Assembly: GCA_964605725.1 (NCBI GenBank) | Contig: CAZSDQ010000001.1 | Span: 12,090-76,089, forward strand | Length of the DNA: 64,000 nucleotides | Direction: 5' to 3' | From: an uncultured Candidatus Saccharibacteria bacterium | GTDB lineage: Bacteria; Patescibacteriota; WWE3; UBA101185; UBA10185 | Shown here: in pieces, positions 1-8,838 of the stretch | Layout of the letters: the number at the start of each line of letters is the position of its first letter | Numbering within the stretch: the first letter of the stretch is position 1 | Translations under genes and position numbers: made by a program | Notes under the pieces: model-generated | Told to the model about the DNA's origin: nothing | What the model saw: the letters and a program-made list of their open reading frames with translations, nothing else | Database searches by the model: none

Positions 1-666
1 GATTCTTACGATATAAAACTTAGGGAATACGAAGAGTCGTTAAGTCAAGCTGAAGCTGCTTACCAAGCCCAACTTTCGCTTTTATCAAATTACTACATAT
101 ACGCACCTTTTGATGGAACAGTAGTTAAATTGTCACAAAAAGAGGGGGAGACCGCAACCCCAGGTGTGCCTGTGATTACCGTAGCCGATTTAAGCGACAT
201 TATTTTTGAAGTAGTGTTGGATCAAGAAGATTTTTCTACTGTTAAAGAAGGGCAGGAGGTAGAGATAGATTTAGATTCTTATGAAAACCATAGATTTACA
301 GGAAAAGTGAAAAGTCTATCTCTATATTCAGATCCTGTAAAAGGTGGTTTTGTTGTAAAAAATGTTTTTGAAAGTAATGGTAAAAGTATTAAAGTTGGTA
401 TGACAGGAGATGCCTACATGATTACAGATAAAACAGAAGGAGAAGTTCCTTCGTTACTTTTTAATGAAATCTCATATAATGAGAACGGTGATCCGTTCGT
501 ATGGATTTTAGATAGTAAAAAAGTAAAAAAAGAGTCAGTAGAATTAGGTTTAGAAGGAGATCTATATAGTGAAATCAAATCAGACCTCGAAGGTAAGACA
601 ATCTTAGTTCCGGCAACTGATGATACAAAAATAGAAGAAGGTTATGTAGCAAAAATTATTAATTAA
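1..666 (+). CDS. Efflux transporter periplasmic adaptor subunit (HlyD/MacA family), 5' end cut by window edge
   Basis: Frame 1 is open from nt 1 (DSYDIKLREYEESLSQAEAAYQAQL...YAPFDGTVVKL), a coiled-coil then barrel segment typical of HlyD-type adaptors. It is followed directly by a MacB-type ABC ATPase and an FtsX-type permease. Confidence 0.75.
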   Translation, partial: DSYDIKLREYEESLSQAEAAYQAQLSLLSNYYIYAPFDGTVVKLSQKEGETATPGVPVITVADLSDIIFEVVLDQEDFSTVKEGQEVEIDLDSYENHRFTGKVKSLSLYSDPVKGGFVVKNVFESNGKSIKVGMTGDAYMITDKTEGEVPSLLFNEISYNENGDPFVWILDSKKVKKESVELGLEGDLYSEIKSDLEGKTILVPATDDTKIEEGYVAKIIN

Positions 667-668
667 AA

Positions 669-1346
669 ATGACCCCCGTATTACAAGCAAAAAATCTTTG
701 CAAAGGATATGAAGTAGGAGATGAAGTTATTACAGCTGTATGTAATATAAATCTCACTATTAATAAAGGCGATTTTATTGCTATAACAGGTAAATCTGGA
801 TCAGGAAAATCAACTTTAATGCATATGCTCGGGCTTTTAGATACACCTACTTCAGGCGAACTTATTTTAAATGGTAAAAATACAAAAGGAATGAGCGAGA
901 AAGAATTGGCACAAGTACGAAATACTGATATTGGATTTGTATTTCAAGCCTTTAATTTATTACAAAGAACGACTGTTTTAGAGAATGTAATGCTTCCACT
1001 TATATATAGTAGAATCCCAAATTCAGAACACGAAAAAAAGGCTTTAGAAGTTATAGAACAAGTTGGTCTAACACATCGTTTAAAAAATAAATCTAATGAA
1101 TTATCTGGTGGAGAGAGACAGAGAGTCGCTATCGCCCGAGCTTTAGTCAATAACCCGTCACTAATATTAGCAGATGAACCTACTGGAAATTTAGATTCTA
1201 AAATGGGCGAGGAGATTGAAAAGATTTTAATAAATTTAAATAACGAAGGAAGAACTTTGATACTCGTTACTCACGATGATGATTTAGCTAAAATAGCTAA
1301 AAGGCAGGTTATTTTAAAAGATGGAGCAATTTTAAGTGAACGTTAA
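669..1346 (+). CDS. ABC transporter ATP-binding protein (MacB/LolD family)
   Basis: Walker A GKSGSGKST, ABC signature LSGGERQRVAIARAL, Walker B LILADEPT, H-loop VTHD. Confidence 0.9.
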   Translation: MTPVLQAKNLCKGYEVGDEVITAVCNINLTINKGDFIAITGKSGSGKSTLMHMLGLLDTPTSGELILNGKNTKGMSEKELAQVRNTDIGFVFQAFNLLQRTTVLENVMLPLIYSRIPNSEHEKKALEVIEQVGLTHRLKNKSNELSGGERQRVAIARALVNNPSLILADEPTGNLDSKMGEEIEKILINLNNEGRTLILVTHDDDLAKIAKRQVILKDGAILSER

Positions 1347-2520
1347 AGAAACATTATCGGCAGCATTAAAATCGCTGTTACTAAATAAAATAAGATCCTT
1401 TTTAACAATGTTGGGTGTAATCATTGGGGTATTTGCTGTTATTTCGTTAGTCTCTCTTGTAGGTGGGATTCAGAATTATGTTGAAGATCAATTTAATGAC
1501 CTTGGTGCTAATCTTATTTTTGTATCAAGTGGTAATAACAATTATAGAGGGGGCAGGCCAGGTCAGAATTTATCATCAAGTAATCTTAAGGAAGAGCACA
1601 TAGAGTTAATAGAAAAGGAGGCCGGTGATTACATTGATTACGTTACTCCAACTGTTCAAACTGTTAAAACTATTAAATATAAAACGAATAACTTCTATAC
1701 AACAATCATCGGTGTTAGTAATACAGCAGATAAAATATTCTCAATAAATGCTGCAGAAGGAAGATTCCTAAACAAATCAGAGGTTAATAATAGTTCTAAG
1801 TCAGTTGTAATTGGATATGCTATGAAAAAGAGATTATTTAGCCAAGAAAATCCTCTTAAGAAAAATATAAAGATAGATGGGAAATCATACGAGGTAGTAG
1901 GAATACTTGCAAAGAAAAATCCTGAATATGACGAAGCTTTAATAATGCCGTATACAACTCTCCGAGATAATTTTGATGGTACTACAATAATATCTATTGT
2001 TTCAAAAGCAAAAAGCCAGTTTCCAATTACAAAGGCAGCGGAAAGCGTTAAACTAGCGATGTACAGAGATCTACACGACGATGAATTTTCAGTAATGACA
2101 CAGGAAGATATTCTCGAATCTATAAATAGTATACTAGGAATTTTAGCTGTAGCTTTAGCTACAATATCAGGTATATCTTTATTGGTCGGTGGTATAGGGA
2201 TTATGAACATCATGTTAGTATCAGTTACAGAGAGAACGAGGGAGATAGGTTTAAGAAAAGCACTGGGTGCCACATCATTTGATATCAAACGCCAGTTCAT
2301 GATAGAGGCAGTAATTATTAGTTTATCTGGAGGTTTAATTGGGCTGTTACTTGGTTGGTTAAGTACATTGGCTATTAAGAACCTAGTTAGAGCTACCGTG
2401 CCTTTTTGGGCCATACCACTGGCGCTCGGATTTTCAGTACTGGTAGGAGTAGTATTTGGAACTTACCCTGCTGTAAAAGCAAGCAAAAAAGATCCAATTG
2501 AAGCACTAAGATACGAATAA
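1336..2520 (+). CDS. ABC transporter permease (MacB/FtsX-like, N-terminal MacB periplasmic domain)
   Basis: GTG start overlaps the ATPase stop by 11 nt. N-terminal TM, large periplasmic domain, C-terminal FtsX-type 3-TM block (ERTREIGLRKALGA...). Confidence 0.85.
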   Translation: MNVKETLSAALKSLLLNKIRSFLTMLGVIIGVFAVISLVSLVGGIQNYVEDQFNDLGANLIFVSSGNNNYRGGRPGQNLSSSNLKEEHIELIEKEAGDYIDYVTPTVQTVKTIKYKTNNFYTTIIGVSNTADKIFSINAAEGRFLNKSEVNNSSKSVVIGYAMKKRLFSQENPLKKNIKIDGKSYEVVGILAKKNPEYDEALIMPYTTLRDNFDGTTIISIVSKAKSQFPITKAAESVKLAMYRDLHDDEFSVMTQEDILESINSILGILAVALATISGISLLVGGIGIMNIMLVSVTERTREIGLRKALGATSFDIKRQFMIEAVIISLSGGLIGLLLGWLSTLAIKNLVRATVPFWAIPLALGFSVLVGVVFGTYPAVKASKKDPIEALRYE

Positions 2521-2529
2521 CAATTTGGG

Positions 2530-2964
2530 TTATTTTTCTAATATTTTTAGCTCGTAAGTTTTTCCTTTTTCTAAGTTCAACTTATCGATTTTTAATGTAA
2601 TGTCTTCGTTATCTTTTAGAATTGCCCATTTAAAACCATCCTTGGGTTTGATACCGTTGACCGATTCGATATCTACACCATAAGTGTACTTTACTATCTC
2701 ATAAGAAATATCACCCGAGCTTCTGATTTTTTTCATTAACTCTTCTACCGAATCCGTATTTTTTAATGTCTTAGTAAATTCTTTTGTTATTTTTCCGTTA
2801 ATCAATTTTAATGTTACGTCTACAGAGTAGGATTCCTCAACTTCTATTTTTTTCTTTTCATAAATTTTAAGATCGTCTCTTTTTAAAATTGATTTTACAT
2901 AAAATACAAGAATCGTACTTAAAAATATGTAACTTATTATCATGATAATTTTTGTTTTATTCAT
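2530..2964 (-). CDS. Hypothetical membrane-anchored protein (possible DUF4430-like)
   Basis: I trimmed the 2530..3228 ORF to the internal ATG at 2964 (MNKTKIIMIISY...) because the upstream part runs through tRNA-Arg. N-terminal TM helix; C-terminal GFKWAILKDNE-type segment. Confidence 0.5.
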   Translation of the reverse strand: MNKTKIIMIISYIFLSTILVFYVKSILKRDDLKIYEKKKIEVEESYSVDVTLKLINGKITKEFTKTLKNTDSVEELMKKIRSSGDISYEIVKYTYGVDIESVNGIKPKDGFKWAILKDNEDITLKIDKLNLEKGKTYELKILEK

Positions 2965-3024
2965 CTTTATAATTTTAACACGGAAAATTATGTATAATAT
3001 AACTAAGTACGATTGTTTTATCCT

Positions 3025-3102
3025 GCCCCCATAGCTCAGCGGATTTAGAGCACTCGTCTTCGGAACGAGGGGTCGGGGGTTCAAATCCCTCTGGGGGCGC
3101 CA
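3025..3102 (+). tRNA. tRNA-Arg (anticodon UCG), CCA encoded
   Basis: Manual cloverleaf: acceptor GCCCCCA/TGGGGGC, D arm GCTC..GAGC, anticodon stem CTCGT/ACGAG with loop CTTCGGA, T arm GGGGG-TTCAAAT-CCCTC, discriminator G then CCA. Confidence 0.9.
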
Positions 3103-3225
3103 TTTGATGTAAAGGTATTGAGCAAGGGATTTGAATGTCGGAGTGAACGAAGTGAAAGAGACGGGGTCGCGAGCTTTACAGATTGTTTGAGCGTAAGCGA
3201 GATAAAATGTGTTAAGACTTGTGAC

Positions 3226-3246
3226 CAAATCCCTCTGGGGGCACCA
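3226..3246 (+). repeat. Duplicate of the tRNA-Arg 3' end (T-loop to CCA)
   Basis: CAAATCCCTCTGGGGGC at 3226-3242 is a 17/17 match to 3082-3098 and is followed by ACCA (GCCA in the gene). The copies are separated by about 125 nt of non-coding sequence. Confidence 0.8.
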
Positions 3247-3539
3247 ATTATTTTTATATTAATATCCAAAATATTATTTTATTTGAGTATAAAAATATTT
3301 TTTATTTAAAATAATTCATTAAATAGTGTAGAAATATCAACAAATAAATATGGTTGTTATACATTGTCGTGTCAATGTATACACAGATACACCATATTGA
3401 CATTTCCATAAATACTCTGCAAAATTTTATTATATTAAAATGAATAAATTTCTGCCCAAAAAAATTTATTTAAATAAAAAATTTATTAGGACACTTCGTT
3501 AGAGAAGGTGTCCTTATTTTTATTAGGAGAAAATTAATA

Positions 3540-3718
3540 ATGATTACAAAAGAAGAAATAAGAAAAAAGTTAAAAGAAGATCCAAATTTTACATTAGAGG
3601 ATGACGCTTCGGATGAAGATTGGGATTTATATTTTGAAGTTAAAGATGAGATAAGTGAAGAAACCGGATCAGATGAACAAGACTCGTGGGAAGAAGATGA
3701 TGACGAGGAAATTATTTA
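3540..3718 (+). pseudogene. Small highly acidic protein, apparently frameshifted near its start
   Basis: AGGAG-N10-ATG at 3540 opens only 6 codons (MITKKK*). The next frame from 3542 is open for 58 codons to TAA 3716-3718 (DYKEEIRKKLKEDPNFTLEDDASDEDWDLYFEVKDEISEETGSDEQDSWEEEDDDEEII) and has no ATG/GTG/TTG. One extra A in the A-run at 3548-3550 would fuse the two. Confidence 0.3.
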
Positions 3719-3775
3719 ATAATTTAGGATTGTGTTTGTTAGGAGTAATTATTTAGCCAAAGGAGGGCCCCTAAG

Positions 3776-3844
3776 ATGGCAGTAAAGAAAAAAGCAGTTA
3801 AAAAAGCTGCACCAAAGAAAAAAACTGTAAAGAAGAAGAAATAA
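3776..3844 (+). CDS. 22-aa lysine-rich micro-ORF (MAVKKKAVKKAAPKKKTVKKKK)
   Basis: SD AAAGGAGGG 8 nt upstream of the ATG. A hairpin plus T-run terminator lies about 20 nt after the stop. Too short for the ORF track. Confidence 0.4.
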   Translation: MAVKKKAVKKAAPKKKTVKKKK

Positions 3845-3862
3845 CGTTTTTTTCGATAAAAT

Positions 3863-3902
3863 AAACAGCGGTCTAAGGATTTTCCAAAGATCGCTGTTTT
3901 CG
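3863..3902 (+). terminator. Rho-independent terminator candidate
   Basis: AAACAGCGGTCT ... AGATCGCTGTTT stem (one mismatch) followed by TTTTCG. Confidence 0.5.
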
Positions 3903-3943
3903 TAATTCAAATAAAATTGGTTAAATAATATTGGTAAATATAT

Positions 3944-3951
3944 TGTATAAT
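3944..3951 (+). promoter_or_regulatory. Extended -10 box TGtATAAT upstream of tRNA-Lys
   Basis: TGTATAAT lies 14 nt upstream of the tRNA 5' end. Similar TATAAT boxes precede tRNA-Leu (4955 region), tRNA-Leu (6853 region), tRNA-Gly (8822 region) and tRNA-Cys (9072 region). Confidence 0.45.
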
Positions 3952-3965
3952 TTGTTGATATTTAT

Positions 3966-4040
3966 GGGGACGTAGCTCAGTGGTAGAGCATTCGGCTCTT
4001 AACCGAAGTGTCGAGGGTTCGAGCCCCTCCGTCCTCACCA
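3966..4040 (+). tRNA. tRNA-Lys (anticodon CUU), CCA encoded
   Basis: Acceptor GGGGACG/CGTCCTC, anticodon stem TTCGG/CCGAA with loop CTCTTAA, T arm GAGGG-TTCGAGC-CCCTC. Confidence 0.9.
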
Positions 4041-4049
4041 GTTAAATTG

Positions 4050-4688
4050 ATGAAATCTAAATACAAAAACAATCTCATATTTGACTTCGACGGAACACTT
4101 GCTGATACTTTAGCATTTACAGTCAATGCTGCCACTGAAATTAATAGAAGCTTACATTTACTAAGTGACGAAAAAATAGATTTTGAAAAATTTAGATCAA
4201 CAGATACGATAGGGTTTTTTAAAGATCTAGAAATTCCCACCTACAAACTAATTTTCTTTCTGTATAAGTATCAAAGGAAACAATCAAAACAAATAGATAA
4301 TGTGAAAGTGTTTGATGAACTTCCTGCAGTTTTAAATCAATTAAAAAATAATGGTATAGGTTTAGGGGTTGCAACTTCTAATTCAACTAAAAACGTTAAA
4401 TTGTTTTTGAAAAATAATAACTTGAATATGTTTAATTTTATTTATAGTTCGATTGACTATTTTCATAAAAATAAAATCTTGGAGAGAGCAATAAAAAAAT
4501 ATGGAATGGAAAAAGAAAATGTAATTTATGTTGGAGATGAAATTAGAGATATAAAAGCAGCAAAAGAAGCTGGTATTAAAATAGCGTCGGTAACTTGGGG
4601 TTATAATTTCGAAAATGTTTTAAATAAATATAAACCTGATTTCATGATAAATCGACCAGAAGAGCTTTTAAATCTCTATTTACCGTAG
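4050..4688 (+). CDS. HAD-superfamily hydrolase (phosphoglycolate phosphatase-like)
   Basis: Start moved to ATG 4050 because the track start at 4008 lies inside tRNA-Lys. HAD motif I FDFDGTLADT, motif III/IV YVGDEIRDIKAAKEAG. Confidence 0.8.
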   Translation: MKSKYKNNLIFDFDGTLADTLAFTVNAATEINRSLHLLSDEKIDFEKFRSTDTIGFFKDLEIPTYKLIFFLYKYQRKQSKQIDNVKVFDELPAVLNQLKNNGIGLGVATSNSTKNVKLFLKNNNLNMFNFIYSSIDYFHKNKILERAIKKYGMEKENVIYVGDEIRDIKAAKEAGIKIASVTWGYNFENVLNKYKPDFMINRPEELLNLYLP

Positions 4689-4732
4689 TATCATGTTCAT
4701 CAATAACAATCTATCTTAAAGAAAGGGTGAGA

Positions 4733-4879
4733 ATGCGTACGATAGACTATGGATGCAGAGAGGCAATGATTTGTTATAAATGGAATCAATGGTTTAAAAA
4801 ATATCACAGACCAAAATTTGCATCAAGACACAGAAGAGAAAAGAAAGGACAGAAAAAGATAGAAAATAAAGAGAGATAG
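4733..4879 (+). CDS. 48-aa basic hypothetical protein
   Basis: MRTIDYGCREAMICYKWNQWFKKYHRPKFASRHRREKKGQKKIENKER. GGGTGAG SD-like element just upstream; a strong terminator hairpin follows. Below the ORF-track size cutoff. Confidence 0.45.
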   Translation: MRTIDYGCREAMICYKWNQWFKKYHRPKFASRHRREKKGQKKIENKER

Positions 4880-4895
4880 GTAAGTTTATAACCAA

Positions 4896-4929
4896 GCTCG
4901 GAATTATTAATTTAAATCCGAGCCTTTTT
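4896..4929 (+). terminator. Rho-independent terminator candidate
   Basis: GCTCGGA ... TCCGAGC stem followed by CTTTTT. Confidence 0.55.
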
Positions 4930-4967
4930 ATGTTATTGAGGATTTTTTTGTATAATGATGTTTATAA

Positions 4968-5052
4968 GCCGGAGTGGTGGAATGGTATACACGCAGTGTT
5001 CAGAACGCTGTGTCCAAAAGACTTGCAGGTTCGAGTCCTGTCTCCGGCACCA
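4968..5052 (+). tRNA. tRNA-Leu (anticodon CAG), long variable arm, CCA encoded
   Basis: Acceptor GCCGGAG/CTCCGGC, anticodon stem CAGTG/CGCTG with loop TTCAGAA, long variable arm, T loop TTCGAGT. Confidence 0.9.
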
Positions 5053-5064
5053 ACTATAAAATTA

Positions 5065-6801
5065 CTAATATTTACAAAAGGTCCTAACAAACATTTTTTC
5101 CCCAATCAAATTATAAATAGGTGTTGTGTATTCCTCACTCATTATTAATCTATCATTTAGATCAAAATCATTGTCTTTTGACTTTAATAGAGAAACATTT
5201 TCTATTCTAGGGTTTGGTAAATGTTTAATTATTATCGGGTGTTCATTAAGATAGTTAAATAATTTAGCTAAGTAATTTCCGTTCCCCTCACTATATTCCT
5301 GAATAAAACATATTGGGTTATAGTCATCAATATTTAATAATTTCATACCACTATAATTATCACGCTCTTCCATTAAGGCAGACTTAATATATACAGAATC
5401 TAAAAAAATATCAGTATTTTTGACCTCACCTGCCCTAGTAATTTCTTCGACCATTTTCCATTTTAAATTCATCTGCCTGTAGTAATCTACAGTAATTAAA
5501 AAGGTAATTGAGGATACTAAAAAGATTATAAAGTACATTATTAAAAGATTTTTATAATTATACTTATTTACTTTTAAAGCCGAATATATAGTAGTAATGA
5601 CAAAAAAATTTAATAAATATCTATCGTAAAATTTGTCTGTGATCAATGCAATTAAATAAAAACTAAGGATCAATATTTCTAGTAATAAACTGGTTTTTGA
5701 AATATGGATTTTAAAATTATGTTTTTCACTAAAAGATTTAATCGATTTTTTAATAATACTTTCGACTATTACTACTATGGATATAGATATAAGAAAGGAT
5801 AGAAGTAATTTAAAAGGAATATTGTTTAGTAGGTTTAGCCGTATATTGTTGAACATTTTTGCATACAAACCCTCCAAGTAAAAAATATTTCCAATTTTAA
5901 ATAAGTTTCCTTCATAAATATATAAACCAACAAAAGCTGAGATTATTCCTATTGATATTTTCTCTTTTCTTTTCAAGTCTATAAATTTACTGATAGTAAA
6001 AGGTAGTAAAATAAAACCAGAGTAAGAGAGATAGTGAATATTAAAAATCCTTCCAAATAGAGATTTAAGACTTGTAAAAAGCATCAGAATATTAAAACTT
6101 TTTGGAAATTCAGGATTAATATATTTTGGATATAGAAATCCAAACGTACTTATAACCACAAAAGGTAATACAATTGCTAAAAAACGCGAAATTTTTCTTT
6201 GAGAAGGTTTGTAATAATCTATAATTAAAAATATCGGAAATAATACAAATCCGTATTGTCTAATTAAGGTGGAAAGGCCTCCAAATATTGAAGAAATAAC
6301 CAAATATCTAATTTTGTCGTTACTTTGAGATTTAATAAAAAAGAAAATTGATAAAAGCCCAAATAATAAAAAATAATTTTCGGTCATGAAAGTCAAAGAG
6401 CTTGCAAAAAAAATTGGGTTAAATGTTATAGATAGAAGACAGGGTAGTATTAATGTTTTTTTTACATTCAGTGTTAATAAAATTTTAAAGATTATATATA
6501 AACATAAAATAGATATGAAAATAGTAAGAAACCTCAATGATACGTAGGAAATACCGAATAAAGCGGACCACAGTAGACCTAAATATCCTTGAAGTATAAA
6601 GGTTGGCGTAATTAATGCACTTTTTTTAAACACCCCTATAGAAAAAGCTCGAACCTGGGTATAGTAGTAGAAATCGTCATTTACAGGATAATTTCCCCAT
6701 GGCTGTACTATTAAAATACTTATTAAGTACAAACTTACTGTAACTAAAAGAGGATATCTAGAAATAAATTCAATGATTTTGCTTAATGTATTTTTGAACA
6801 T
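5065..6801 (-). CDS. Polytopic GT-C-type glycosyltransferase (ArnT/PMT_2-like)
   Basis: 578 aa with more than 10 predicted TM helices. Acidic motif in the first loop (YPVNDDFYYY), as in GT-C/GT39/GT83 enzymes. C-terminal soluble domain. Confidence 0.55.
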   Translation of the reverse strand: MFKNTLSKIIEFISRYPLLVTVSLYLISILIVQPWGNYPVNDDFYYYTQVRAFSIGVFKKSALITPTFILQGYLGLLWSALFGISYVSLRFLTIFISILCLYIIFKILLTLNVKKTLILPCLLSITFNPIFFASSLTFMTENYFLLFGLLSIFFFIKSQSNDKIRYLVISSIFGGLSTLIRQYGFVLFPIFLIIDYYKPSQRKISRFLAIVLPFVVISTFGFLYPKYINPEFPKSFNILMLFTSLKSLFGRIFNIHYLSYSGFILLPFTISKFIDLKRKEKISIGIISAFVGLYIYEGNLFKIGNIFYLEGLYAKMFNNIRLNLLNNIPFKLLLSFLISISIVVIVESIIKKSIKSFSEKHNFKIHISKTSLLLEILILSFYLIALITDKFYDRYLLNFFVITTIYSALKVNKYNYKNLLIMYFIIFLVSSITFLITVDYYRQMNLKWKMVEEITRAGEVKNTDIFLDSVYIKSALMEERDNYSGMKLLNIDDYNPICFIQEYSEGNGNYLAKLFNYLNEHPIIIKHLPNPRIENVSLLKSKDNDFDLNDRLIMSEEYTTPIYNLIGEKMFVRTFCKY

Positions 6802-6870
6802 GTTGATTTTAAGTATTTCTATTATAGTTCATATATCAGTAGAAATTTATAGTATAATTCTAGATGTTAT

Positions 6871-6957
6871 GGGCGGGTGGCGGAATTGGTATACGCGCAA
6901 CGTTGAGGTCGTTGTGGGGTAAAACCCGTGCAGGTTCAACTCCTGTCTCGCCCACCA
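6871..6957 (+). tRNA. tRNA-Leu (anticodon GAG), long variable arm, CCA encoded
   Basis: Acceptor GGGCGGG/CTCGCCC, anticodon stem CAACG/CGTTG with loop TTGAGGT, T loop TTCAACT. Confidence 0.9.
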
Positions 6958-6968
6958 AAGTAATGTAA

Positions 6969-8804
6969 ATGAAAATCAAAAACATCAGATTATTTTTATT
7001 ACTTTCGATTGTCACACTTTCATTTGTAACCCCAGCAAAAGTATTTGCTGAAAGAATATCTGACTTTAATTCAGAAGTAGACATACGAAAAGATGGTACA
7101 GTTGAGATATCAGAGACAATAAAATATGACTTTGAATCAGCACAAAAACACGGTTTAGTTAGAGAGATAATCTATAAAAGAACAAATCAAGATAACAAAA
7201 CCTACATTATTGATATTGATGTTCTAAGTGTGACAGACGAAAACGGCAATCCTTATAATTTTTCTACATCTAAAATTGGAAGTTACATAGAATTAAAAAT
7301 TGGTGATGCAGATAAATTAATTTCAGGTCAGAAAACCTACATTATAAAATACAAACTTTCAGGTTCAATGACGTACTTTACTGACCACGATGAGTTTTAC
7401 TGGAATCTTGTTGGTTTTGATTGGCTAATACCTATTAGAAATTTCACTGCATCAATTTCAGTACCCGGATCTATCCGTCAAGACGATCTAAAATATATTT
7501 GTTACGAAGGGGTAAAGGACAGCACTTCCCAATCTTGTTTGATAAATTTTTCTGAAAACAAAATTCAAGTGTCTTCTAGTAAAAGTCTTAATCCAGGTGA
7601 AAATGTTACCGTCTCGTTGTCGTTTCCCAAAAATGCTATTGAAGTTCTTGAACCAAGAGAAGACAAGTCAGGAATTTTTTTACTAATATTCCAAGTATTT
7701 TTAGGAATATTGGCTTCACTTTGGTATCTTTTTTTACCCATCAAAATATTTTCAGATTATGTTAAACAAAAAAGTTTTTTAAAGAGTCACGAAAGAATAG
7801 TTTCCGCTTGGTTTGAACCTCCCCAATACGATGGCGGTAATGTGTTTTCACCCGCAGAAACAGGATTTATTGTTGATGGAGTAATAGATCATAAGGAGTT
7901 AACGGCTACCATAATACATTTAGCCCAAAGAGGATTTCTAAAAATCAAAGAGGACGATAAAAAGCACTTCTCGTTTGTGAGATTAAAAAGTATAGATTCT
8001 CCCGATCTTAGAAATTTTGAACAACAGGTTATGAGCGCAATCTTTAAAGAAGGGGTTTCAATTAAAGATCTTGATGAAAAATCACTTGAAAATTTAAACC
8101 AAGGATTACCTAATTTGGAAAAGTTTAACGATCTTATAAAAATCCCACAACTAGTTAATCTTGAAAACGAGATCAAGGGTACTCCTGTAGATGTGAAAGA
8201 GGAGGTAAGAGACACCGATTTGAAAAAATCGAAAACAATGTTTGGAAAAATCACTAAATTTAATAAATACGTGGAAGAAGAAGTAGTAGAAAAAGGTATG
8301 TTTGAAGATAAACCCACAGAAACTTATACAAAGAATATGACACTGTTCGCCCTAGGATTAACGACTTTAAACCCTTTGTTATCAATTGCAGGATTTGTTG
8401 CTGGAAGAAAATCAACAAAAAGAACATTAAAGGGAATTGAAAAGTATTCTGAAGCAATGTCTTTAATGAATTTTTTAAAATCTCAGGATGAACAAATAAA
8501 TTTTCAAGCAATGAACCAAATGTTTTTTGAAAAACTTTTACCTTATGCCGCTGCTTTTGGTGTTGAAAAACAATGGGCAAAGAGATTCAAGGATATTTAT
8601 TTAACAAAACCTGATTGGTATGAAGGAGAAAACTTTTCTAATAGCGTTTTTATTAGTTCGATGACTGGTAATATTGGCGGTTCTATGAAATCTTCTTACA
8701 GTTCTGGCATGTCTTCTACAAGATCTTCTTCAGGTTTTTCGTCCGGGTTTTCAGGAGGTTCTTCGGGAGGTGGCGGCGGTGGAGGTGGTGGAGGTAGCTG
8801 GTAA
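6969..8804 (+). CDS. DUF2207-family membrane protein with Gly/Ser-rich C-terminal tail
   Basis: Signal peptide, N-terminal beta-rich ectodomain, central and C-terminal TM helices. The tail SSGFSSGFSGGSSGGGGGGGGGGSW is typical of DUF2207 proteins. Confidence 0.7.
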   Translation: MKIKNIRLFLLLSIVTLSFVTPAKVFAERISDFNSEVDIRKDGTVEISETIKYDFESAQKHGLVREIIYKRTNQDNKTYIIDIDVLSVTDENGNPYNFSTSKIGSYIELKIGDADKLISGQKTYIIKYKLSGSMTYFTDHDEFYWNLVGFDWLIPIRNFTASISVPGSIRQDDLKYICYEGVKDSTSQSCLINFSENKIQVSSSKSLNPGENVTVSLSFPKNAIEVLEPREDKSGIFLLIFQVFLGILASLWYLFLPIKIFSDYVKQKSFLKSHERIVSAWFEPPQYDGGNVFSPAETGFIVDGVIDHKELTATIIHLAQRGFLKIKEDDKKHFSFVRLKSIDSPDLRNFEQQVMSAIFKEGVSIKDLDEKSLENLNQGLPNLEKFNDLIKIPQLVNLENEIKGTPVDVKEEVRDTDLKKSKTMFGKITKFNKYVEEEVVEKGMFEDKPTETYTKNMTLFALGLTTLNPLLSIAGFVAGRKSTKRTLKGIEKYSEAMSLMNFLKSQDEQINFQAMNQMFFEKLLPYAAAFGVEKQWAKRFKDIYLTKPDWYEGENFSNSVFISSMTGNIGGSMKSSYSSGMSSTRSSSGFSSGFSGGSSGGGGGGGGGGSW

Positions 8805-8838
8805 GTTATCTATTTTTTGTTTATAATGTTTTAGTTAT

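Noticed and set aside
944-2414. Antisense ORFs 944..1150(-) and 1695..2414(-) inside the ABC ATPase and permease genes
   Set aside because: They lie entirely opposite strongly motif-supported genes and have low-complexity, Ser/Ile/Phe-rich translations typical of shadow frames in AT-rich DNA. They have no SD or promoter.
2965-3309. ORF-track entries running through tRNA-Arg and its downstream spacer (the 5' part of 2530..3228(-), 3081..3269(-), 3118..3309(+))
   Set aside because: They overlap a well-folded tRNA gene and its duplicated 3' end, so the open frames come from the tRNA-derived sequence. The real CDS on the minus strand starts at 2964.
3977-7084. ORFs 3977..4240(-), 4930..5148(+) and 6860..7084(-), and the first 14 codons of 4008..4688(+)
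   Set aside because: Each overlaps an intact tRNA gene (Lys, Leu-CAG, Leu-GAG) and has no independent support.
7889-8580. Antisense ORFs 7889..8317(-) and 8260..8580(-) within the DUF2207 gene
   Set aside because: Shadow frames opposite a long, coherent membrane-protein ORF.
8755-8800. GGN-rich tract that looks like a simple repeat
   Set aside because: It is in frame and encodes the Gly-rich C-terminal tail (GGSSGGGGGGGGGGSW) characteristic of DUF2207 proteins. It is not a non-coding repeat.
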